The position numbers and the translations under genes are program-made. Positions 1 through 9,760 of a stretch of 64,000 bases of DNA are shown in pieces. Below the pieces are notes generated by a model. That model was not told where the DNA came from. It saw only the letters and a program-made list of their open reading frames with translations, and did not search any database. Source of the DNA: Eledone cirrhosa (taxonomy: Eukaryota); contig OZ024743.1 in NCBI GenBank assembly GCA_964016885.1, forward strand, positions 25,358,001 through 25,422,000, given 5' to 3'. Numbering within the stretch: position 1 is the first letter of the stretch; every line of letters starts with the position of its first letter.

Positions 1-3000
1 TGGGGAGGGTGAGAGAGATGGAGGCTTGACAGTGGGAGTTCGGCTCCTCTGTGTTCGGACCTGGTGTAGTTAAGAGATGAGGAGAGTGAGAGAGATGGAG
101 GCTTGACAGTCGGGTCCTATGTGTTCGGACATGGTGTACTTGAGAAAAGGGGAGAGTGAGAGAGATTGGGGATTGACAGTGGGAGTTCGGCTCCTCTGTG
201 TTAGGAGTTTGTGTAGTTAAGAGATGGGGAGGTTGAGAGAGATGGAGGCTTGACAGTGGGAGTTCGGCTCTTCTGTGTTCGGACCTGGTGTAGTTAAGAG
301 ATGGGGAGGGTGAGAGAGATAGAGGCTTAACAGTGGGAGTTCGGGTCCTCTGTGTTAGGAGTTTGTGTAGTTAAGAGATGGGGAGGTTGAGAGAGATGGA
401 GGGGTGACAGTGGGAGTTCGGCTCTTCTGTGTTCGGACCTGGTGTAGTTAAGAGATGCGGAGAGTGAGAGAGATGGAGGCTTGACAGTGGGAGTTCGGCT
501 CTTCTGTGTTCGGACCTGGTGTAGTTAAGAGATGCGGAGAGTGAGAGAGATGGAGGCTTGACAGTGGGAGTTCGGCTCTTCTGTGTTCGGACCTGGTGTA
601 GTTAAGAGATGCGGAGAGTGAGAGAGATGGAGGCTTGACAGTGGGAGTTCGGCTCTTCTGTGTTCGGACCTGGTGTAGTTAAGAGATGCGGAGAGTGAGA
701 GAGATGGAGGCTTGACAGTGGGAGTTCGGCTCCTCTGTGTTCAAACCTGGTGTAGTGAAGAGATGGGGAGGGTGAGAGATATGGAGGTTTGACAGTGGGA
801 GTTCGGGTCCTATGTTTTCGGACCTGGTGTACTTGAGAGATCGGGAGGTTGAGAGAGATGGAGGCTTGACAGTGGGAGTTCGGCTCCTCTGTGTTCAAAC
901 CTGGTGTAGTGAAGAGATGGGGAGGATGAGAGAGATGGAGGCTTGACAGTGGTAGTTCGGGTCCTATGTTTTCGGACCTGGTGTACTTGAGAGATCGGGA
1001 GGTTGAGAGAGATGGAGGCTTCACAGTGGGAGTTCGGCTCCTCTGTGTTCAAACCTGGTGTAGTGAAGAGATGGGGAGGATGAGAGAGATGGAGGCTTGA
1101 CAGTGTGAGTTCGGGTCCTATGTTTTCGGACCTGGTGTACTTGAGAGATCGGGAGGTTGAGAGAGATGGAGGCTTGACAGTGGGAGTTCGGCTCTTCTGT
1201 GTTCGGACCTGGTGTACTTGAGAGATAGGGAGGGTGAGAGAGATGGAGGCTGACAGTGGGAGTTCGGCACCTCTGTGTTCGGAACTGGTGTAGTTAAGAG
1301 ATGGGGAGGGTGAGAGAGATTGGGGCTTGACAGTGGGAGTTCGGCACCTCCGTGTTCGGACCTGGTGTAGTTAAGAGATGGGGAGGCTGAGAGAGATGGA
1401 GACTGATAGTGGGAGTTCGGCTCCTCTGTATTCGGACCTGGTGTAGTTAAGAGTTGGGGAGGCTGAGAGAGATGGAGACTTGACAGTGGGAGTTCGGCTC
1501 CTCCGTGTTCGGACCTGGTGTACTTGAGAGATGGGGAGGGTGAGAGAGATGGAGGCTTGACAGTGGGAGTTCGGCATCCCTGTGTTCGGACCTGGTGTAG
1601 TTAAGAGATGGGGAGGTTGAGTGAGATGGAGACTTGACAGTGGGAGTTCGGCTCCTCTGTGTTCGGACCTGGTGTTGATATGAGATGGGGAGGGTGAGAG
1701 AGATGGAGGCTTGACAGTGGGAGTTCGGCTCCTCTGTGTTCGGACCTGGTGTAGTTAAGAGATGGGGAGGGTGAGAGAAATTGGTGATTGACAGTGGGAG
1801 TTCGGCTCTTCTGTGTTCGGACCTGGTGTTGTTATGAGATGGGGAGGGTGAGAGAGATGGAGGCTTGACAGTGGGAGTTCGGCTCCTCTGTGTTCGGACC
1901 TGGTGTAGTTAAGAGATGAGGAGAGTGAGAGAGATGGAGGCTTGACAGTGGGAGTTCGGCTCCTCTGTTTTCGGACCTGGTGTAGTTAAGAGATGGAGAG
2001 GGTGAGAGAGATGGAGGCTTGACAGTGGGAGTTCGGCACCTCTGTGTTCGGACCTGGTGTAGTTAAGAGATGGGGAGGGTGAGAGAGATGGAGGCTTGAC
2101 AGTCGGGTCCTGTGTGTTCGGACATGGTGTACTTGAGAAAAGGGGAGAGTGAGAGAGATTGGGGATTGACAGTGGGAGTTCGGCTCCTCTGTGTTAGGAG
2201 TTTGTGTAGTTAAGAGATGGGGAGGTTGAGAGAGATGGAGGCTTGACAGTGGGAGTTCGGCTCTTCTGTGTTCGGACCTGGTGTAGTTAAGAGATGGGGA
2301 GGGTGAGAGAGATGGAGGCTTAACAGTGGGAGTTCGGGTCCTCTGTGTTAGAAGTTTGTGTAGTTAAGAGATGGGGAGGTTGAGAGAGATGGAGAGGTGA
2401 CAGTGGGAGTTCGGCTCTTCTGTGTTCGGACCTGGTGTAGTTAAGAGATGCGGAGAGTGAGAGAGATGGAGGCTTGACAGTCGGAGTTCGGCTCTTCTGT
2501 GTTCGGACCTGGTGTAGTTAAGAGATGCGGAGAGTGAGAGAGATGGAGGCTTGACAGTGGGAGTTCGGCTCTTCTGTGTTCGGACCTGGTGTAGTTAAGA
2601 GATGCGGAGAGTGAGAGAGATGGAGGCTTGACAGTGGGAGTTCGGCTCTTCTGTGTTCGGACCTGGTGTAGTTAAGAGATGCGGAGAGTGAGAGATATGG
2701 AAGCTTGACAGTGGGTGTTCGGGTCCTATGTTTTCGGACCTGGTGTACTTGAGAGATCGGGAGGTTGAGAGAGATGGAGGCTTGACAGTGGGAGTTCGGC
2801 TCCTCTGTGTTCAAACCTGGTGTAGTGAAGAGATGGGGAGGATGAGAGAGATGGAGGCTTGACAGTGGGAGTTCGGGTCCTATGTTTTCGGACCTGGTGT
2901 ACTTGAGAGATCGGGAGGTTGAGAGAGATGGAGGCTTGACAGTGGGAGTTCGGCTCCTCTGTGTTCAAACCTGGTGTAGTGAAGAGATGGGGAGGATGAG

Positions 3001-6000
3001 AGAGATGGAGGCTTGACAGTGGGAGTTCGGGTCCTATGTTTTCGGACCTGGTGTACTTGAGAGATCGGGAGGTTGAGAGAGATGGAGGCTTGACAGTGGG
3101 AGTTCGGCTCCTCTGTGTTCGGACCTGGTGTACTTGAGAGATAGGGAGGGTGAGAGAGATGGAGGCTGACAGTGGGAGTTCGGCACCACTGTGTTCGGAA
3201 CTGGTGTAGTTAAGAGATGGGGAGGGTGAGAGAGATTGGGGCTTGACAGTGGGAGTTCGGCACCTCCGTGTTCGGACCTGGTGTAGTTAAGAGATGGGGA
3301 GGCTGAGAGAGATGGAGACTGATAGTGGGAGTTCGGCTCCTCTGTATTCGGACCTGGTGTAGTTAAGAGATGGGGAGGCTGAGAGAGATGGAGACTTGAC
3401 AGTGGGAGTTCGGCTCCTCCGTGTTCGGACCTGGTGTACTTGAGAGATGGGGAGGGTGAGAGAGATGGAGGCTTGACAGTGGGAGTTCGGCATCCCTGTG
3501 TTTGGACCTGGTGTAGTTAAGAGATGGAGAGGGTGAGAGAGATGGAGTCTGACAGTGGGAGTTCGGCTCCTCTGTGTTCGGACCTGGTGTAGTTAAGAGA
3601 TGCGGAGGGTGAGAGAGATGGAGGCTTGATAGTGGGAGTTCGGCTCCTCTGTATTCGGACCTGGTGTAGTTAAGAGATGGGGAGGGTGAGAGAGATGGAG
3701 GCTTGACAGTGGGAGTTCGGCATCCCTGTGTTCGGCCTAGTGTAGTTAAGAGATGGAGAGGGTGAGAGAGATGGAGTCTGACAGTGGGAGTTCGGCTCCT
3801 CTGTGTTCGGACCTGGTGTAGTTAAGAGATGGGGAGGTTGAGAGAGATGGAGGCTTGACAGTGGGAGTTGGGCTCCTCTGTATTCGGACCTTGTGTAGTT
3901 AAGAGATGGGGAATAGTGAGAGAGTTTGGTGATTGACAGTGGGAGTTCGGCTCCTCTGTGTTCGGACCTGGTGTAGTTAAGAGATGTGGAGGCTGAGAGA
4001 GATGGAGGCTTGACAGTGGGAGTTCGGCTCCTCTGTGTTCGGACCTGATGTAGTTAAGAGATGCGGAGAGTGAGAGAGATGGAGGCTTGACAGTGGGAGT
4101 TCGGCTCTTCTGTGTTCAGACCTGGTGTAGTTAAGAGATGGGGAGGGTGAGAGAGATGGAGGCTTGACAGTGGGAGGTCGGCTCCTCTGTGTTCGGACCT
4201 GATGTAGCTCAGAGATGGGGAGGGTGAGAGAGATTGGGGATTGACAGTGGGAGTTCGGCTCCTCTGTGTTCGGACCTGGTGTAGTTAAGAGATGAGGAGA
4301 GTGAGAGAGATGGAGGCTTGACAGTGGGAGTTCGGCTCCTCTGTTTTCGGACCTGGTGTAGTTAAGAGATGGGGAGGGTGAGAGAGATGGAGGCTTGACA
4401 GACGGGTCCTGTGTGTTCGGACATGGTGTACTTGAGAAAAGGGGAGAGTGAGAGAGATTGGGGATTGACAGTGGGAGTTCGGCTCCTCTGTGTTAGGAGT
4501 TTGTGTAGTTAAGAGATGGGGAGGTTGAGAGAGATGGAGGCTTGACAGTGGGAGTTCGGCTCTTCTGTGTTCGGACCTGGTGTAGTTAAGAGATGGGGAG
4601 GGTGAGAGAGATGGAGGCTTAACAGTGGGAGTTCGGGTCCTCTGTGTTAGGAGTTTGTGTAGTTAAGAGATGGGGAGGTTGAGAGAGATGGAGGGGTGAC
4701 AGTGGGAGTTCGGCTCTTCTGTGTTCGGACCTGGTGTAGTTAAGAGATGCGGAGAGTGAGAGAGATGGAGGCTTGACAGTCGGAGTTCGGCTCTTCTGTG
4801 TTCGGACCTGGTGTAGTTAAGAGATGCGGAGATTGAGAGAGATGGAGGCTTGACAGTGGGAGTTCGGCTCTTCTGTGTTCGGACCTGGTGTAGTTAAGAG
4901 ATGCGGAGAGTGAGAGAGATGGAGGCTTGACAGTGGGAGTTCGGCTCTTCTGTGTTCGGACCTGGTGTAGTTAAGAGATGCGGAGAGTGAGAGATATGGA
5001 AGCTTGACAGTGGGTGTTCGGGTCCTATGTTTTCGGACCTGGTGTACTTGAGAGATCGGGAGGTTGAGAGAGATGGAGGCTTGACAGTGGGAGTTCGGCT
5101 CCTCTGTGTTAAAACCTGGTGTAGTGAAGAGATGGGGAGGATGAGAGAGATGGAGGCTTGACAGTGGGAGTTCGGGTCCTATGTTTTCGGACCTGGTGTA
5201 CTTGAGAGATCGGGAGGTTGAGAGAGATGGAGGCTTGACAGTGGGAGTTCGGCTCCTCTGTGTTCAAACCTGGTGTAGTGAAGAGATGGGGAGGATGAGA
5301 GAGATGGAGGCTTGACAGTGGGAGTTCGGGTCCTATGTTTTCGGACCTGGTGTACTTGAGAGATCGGGAGGTTGAGAGAGATGGAGGCTTGACAGTGGGA
5401 GTTCGGCTCCTCTGTGTTCGGACCTGGTGTACTTGAGAGATAGGGAGGGTGAGAGAGATGGAGGCTGACAGTGGGAGTTCGGCACCACTGTGTTCGGAAC
5501 TGGTGTAGTTAAGAGATGGGGAGGGTGAGAGAGATTGGGGCTTGACAGTGGGAGTTCGGCACCTCCGTGTTCGGACCTGGTGTAGTTAAGAGATGGGGAG
5601 GCTGAGAGAGATGGAGACTGATAGTGGGAGTTCGGCTCCTCTGTATTCGGACCTGGTGTAGTTAAGAGATGGGGAGGCTGAGAGAGATGGAGACTTGACA
5701 GTGGGAGTTCGGCTCCTCCGTGTTCGCACCTGGTGTACTTGAGAGATGGGGAGGGTGAGAGAGATGGAGGCTTGACAGTGGGAGTTCGGCATCCCTGTGT
5801 TTGGACCTGGTGTAGTTAAGAGATGGAGAGGGTGAGAGAGATGGAGTCTGACAGTGGGAGTTCGGCTCCTCTGTGTTCGGACCTGGTGTAGTTAAGAGAT
5901 GGGGAGGTTGAGAGAGATGGAGGCTTGATAGTGGGAGTTCGGCTCCTCTGTATTCGGACCTGGTGTAGTTAAGAGATGGGGAGGGTGAGAGAGATGGAGG

Positions 6001-6059
6001 CTTGACAGTGGGAGTTCGGCTCCTCTGTGTTCGGACCTGGTGTAGTTAAGAGATGGGGA

Positions 6060-8340
6060 GGTTGAGAGAGATGGAGGCTTGACAGTGGGAGTTGGGCTCC
6101 TCTGTATTCGGACCTTGTGTAGTTAAGAGATGGGGAATAGTGAGAGAGTTTGGTGATTGACAGTGGGAGTTCGGCTCCTCTGTGTTCGGACCTGGTGTAG
6201 TTAAGAGATGGGGAGGCTGAGAGAGATGGAGGCTTGACAGTGGGAGTTCGGCTCCTCTGTGTTCGGACCTGGTGTAGTTAAGAGATGGAGAGGGTGAGTG
6301 AGATGGAGGCTTGACAGTGGGTGTTCGGCACCTCTGTGTTCGGAACAGGTGTAGTTAAGAGATGGGGAGGGTGAGAGAGATGGAGACTTGACAGTGGGAG
6401 GTCGGCTCCTCTGTGTTCGGACATGATGTAGCTCAGAGATGGGGAGGGTGAGAAAGATGGAGGCTTGACAGTGGGAGTTCGGCTCCTCTGTGTTCGGACC
6501 TGGTGTAGTTAAGAGATGGGGAGGGTGAGAGAGATTGGGGATTGACAGTGGGAGTTCGGCTCCTCTGTGTTCGGACCTGGTGTACTTGAGAGATAGGGAG
6601 GGTGAGAGAGATGGAGGTTGACAGTGGGAGTACGGCTCCTCTGTGTTCGGACCTGATGTAGTTAAGAGATGCGGAGAGTGAGAGAGATGGAGGCTTGACA
6701 GTGGGAGTTCGGCTCTTCTGTGTTCAGACCTGGTGTAGTTAAGAGATGGGGAGGGTGAGAGAGATGGAGGCTTGACAGTGGGAGGTCGGCTCCTCTGTGT
6801 TCGGACCTGATGTAGCTCAGAGATGGGGAGGGTGAGAGAGATTGGGGATTGACAGTGGGAGTTCGGCTCCTCTGTGTTCGGACCTGGTGTAGTTAAGAGA
6901 TGGGGAGGGTGAGAGAGATGGAAGCTTGACAGTGGGAGTTCGGCTCCTCTGTGTTCGGACCTGGTGTAGTTAAGAGATGGGGAGGGTGAGAGAGATGGAT
7001 GCTTGACAGTGGGAGGTCGGCTCCTCTGTGTTCGGACCTGATGTAGCTCAGAGATGGGAAGGGTGAGAGAGATTGGGGATTGACAGTGGGAGTTCGGCTC
7101 CTCTGTGTTCGGACCTGGTGTAGTTAAGAGATGCGGAGAGTGAGAGAGATGGAGGCTTGACAGTGGGAGTTCGGCTCTTCTGTGTTCAGACCTGGTGTAG
7201 TTAAGAGATGGGGAGGGTGAGAGAGATGGAGGCTTGACAGTGGGAGTTCGGCTCTTCTGTGTTCGGACCTGGTGTAGTTAAGAGATGGGGAGGGTGAGAG
7301 AGATGGATGCTTGACAGTGGGATTTGGGCTCCTCTGTGTTCGGACCTGGTGTAGTTAAGAGATGGGGAGGGTGAGAGAGATGGAGGCTGACAGTGGGAGT
7401 TCGGCTCCTCTGTGTTCGGACCTGATGTAGTTAAGAGATGGGGAGGGTGAGAGAGATTGGGGCTTGACCGTTGGGGTGCGGCTCCTCTGCGTTAGGAGCT
7501 TGTGTAGATAAGAGATGGGGAGGTTGAGAGAGATGGAGGCTTGATAGTGGGAGTTCGGCTCTTCTGTGTTCGGACCTGGTGTAGTTAAGAGATGGGGAGT
7601 GTGAGAGAGATGGAGGCTTGATAGTGGGAGTTCGGCTCCTCTGTGTTGGACCTGGTGTAGTTAAGAGATGGGGAGGTTGAGTGAGATGGAGACTTGACAG
7701 TGGGAGTTCGGCTCCTCTGTGTTCGGACCTGGTGTAGTTAAGAGATGGGGAGGGTGAGAGAGATGGAGGCTTGACAGTCGGGTCCTATGTGTTCGGACAT
7801 GGTGTACTTGAGAAAAGGGGAGGGTGAGAGAGATTGGGGATTGACAGTGGGAGTTCGGCTCCTCTGTGTTAGGAGTTTGTGTAGTTAAGAGATGGGGAGG
7901 GTGAGAGAGATGGAGGCTTGACAGTGAGAGTTCGGCTCTTCTGTGTTCGGACCTGGTGTAGTTAAGAGATGGGGAGGGTGAGAGAGATGGAGGCTTAACA
8001 GTGGGAGTTCGGGTCCTCTGTGTTAGGAGTTTGTGTAGTTAAGAGATGGGGAGGTTGAGAGAGATGGAGGCTTGACAGTGAGAGTTCGGCTCTTCTGTGT
8101 TCGGACCTGGTGTAGTTAAGAGATGGGGAGGGTGAGAGAGATGGAGGCTTAACAGTGGGAGTTCGGGTCCTCTGTGATAGGAGTTTGTGTAGTTAAGAGA
8201 TGGGGAGGTTGAGAGAGATGGAGGGGTGACAGTGGGAGTTCGGCTCCTCTGTGTTCGGATCTGGTGTAGTTAAGAGATGGGGAGGGTGAGAGAGATGGAG
8301 ACTTGACAGCGGGAGTTCGGCTCCTCTGTGTTCGGACCTG
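6060..8340 (+). repeat. Domain II-type HOR block embedded in domain I, near-identical to ~34880-37090
   Basis: Shared rare markers occur in the same order: GAATAGTGAGAGAGTTTGG (6135/34958), GGAACAGG, GATGTAGCTCAG, GGATTTGGGC, GCGTTAGGAGCTTGTGTAGATAAG (~7489/~36235) and GACAGCGGGAG (8305/37051). Confidence 0.88.
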
Positions 8341-8989
8341 GTGTAGTTAAGAGATGGGGAGGCTGAGAGAGATGGAGGCTTGACAGTGGGAGTTCGGCAC
8401 CTCTGTGTTCGGACCTGGTGTAGTTAAGAGATGGGGAGGGTGAGAGAGATGGAGGCTTGACAGTCGGGTCCTATGTGTTCGGACATGGTGTACTTGAGAA
8501 AAGGGGAGAGTGAGAGAGATTGGGGATTGACAGTGGGAGTTCGGCTCTTCTGTGTTCGGACCTGGTGTAGTTAAGAGATGGGGAGGGTGAGAGAGATGGA
8601 GGCTTAACAGTGGGAGTTCGGGTCCTCTGTGTTAGGAGTTTGTGTAGTTAAGAGATGGGGAGGTTGAGAGAGATGGAGGGGTGACAGTGGGAGTTCGGCT
8701 CTTCTGTGTTCGGACCTGGTGTAGTTAAGAGATGCGGAGAGTGAGAGAGATGGAGGCTTGACAGTGGGAGTTCGGCTCTTCTGTGTTCTGACCTCGTGTA
8801 GTTAAGAGATGCGGACAGTGAGAGAGATGGAGTCTTGACAGTGGGAGTTCGGCTCTTCTGTGTTCGGACCTGGTGTAGTTAAGAGATGCGGAGAGTGAGA
8901 GAGATGGAGGGTTGACAGTGGGAGTTCGGCTCTTCTGTGTTCGGACCTGGTGTAGTTAAGAGATGCGGAGAGTGAGAGAGATGGAGGCT

Positions 8990-9760
8990 TGACAGTGGGA
9001 GTTTGGCTCCTCTGTGTTCAAACCTGGTGTAGTGAAGAGATGGGGAGGGTGAGAGATATGGAGGCTTGACAGTGGGAGTTCGGGTCCTATGTTTTCGGAC
9101 CTGGTATACTTGAGAGATCGGGAGGTTGAGAGAGATGGAGGCTTGACAGTGGGAGTTCGGCTCCTCTGTGTTCAAACCTGGTGTAGTGAAGAGATGGGGA
9201 GGATGAGAGAGATTGAGGCTTGACAGTGGGAGTTCGGGTCCTATGTTTTCGGACCTGGTGTACTTGAGAGATCGGGAGGTTGAGAGAGATGGAGGCTTGA
9301 CAGTGGGAGTTCGGCTCCTCTGTGTTCAAACCTGGTGTAGTGAAGAGATGGGGAGGATGAGAGAGATGGAGGCTTGACAGTGGGAGTTCGGGTCCTATGT
9401 TTTCGGACCTGGTGTACTTGAGAGATCGGGAGGTTGAGAGAGATGGAGGCTTGACAGTGGGAGTTCGGCTCCTCTGTGTTCAAACCTGGTGTAGTGAAGA
9501 GATGGGGAGGATGAGAGAGATGGAGGCTTGACAGTGGGAGTTCGGGTCCTATGTTTTCGGACCTGGTGTACTTGAGAGATCGGGAGGTTGAGAGAGATGG
9601 AGGCTTGACAGTGGGAGTTCGGCTCCTCTGTGTTCAAACCTGGTGTAGTGAAGAGATGGGGAGGATGAGAGAGATGGAGGCTTGACAGTGGGAGTTCGGG
9701 TCCTATGTTTTCGGACCTGGTGTACTTGAGAGATGGGGAGGTTGAGAGAGATGGAGGCTT
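8990..9760 (+). repeat. Longest run (5 copies) of the 154-bp heterodimer sub-repeat
   Basis: GTTCAAACCTGGTGTAGTGAAG monomers strictly alternate with GGGTCCTATGTTTTCGGACCTGGTGTACTTGAG monomers. ORF coordinates 9087, 9241, 9395, 9549 and 9703 are 154 bp apart. Confidence 0.93.

Noticed and set aside
26-31. TTGACA, a perfect bacterial sigma70 -35 hexamer, in each monomer
   Set aside because: No -10 element lies 16-18 bp downstream (CTCTGT), and the context looks like eukaryotic satellite.
38-70. CENP-B box suggested by TTCG motifs
   Set aside because: The required TTCGNNNNANNCGGG pattern is not present in the consensus on either strand.
195-215. Telomere-like TTAGG in TTAGGAG/TTAGGC variants
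   Set aside because: These are single substitutions of TTCGG and are never tandem, so they are not telomeric repeats.
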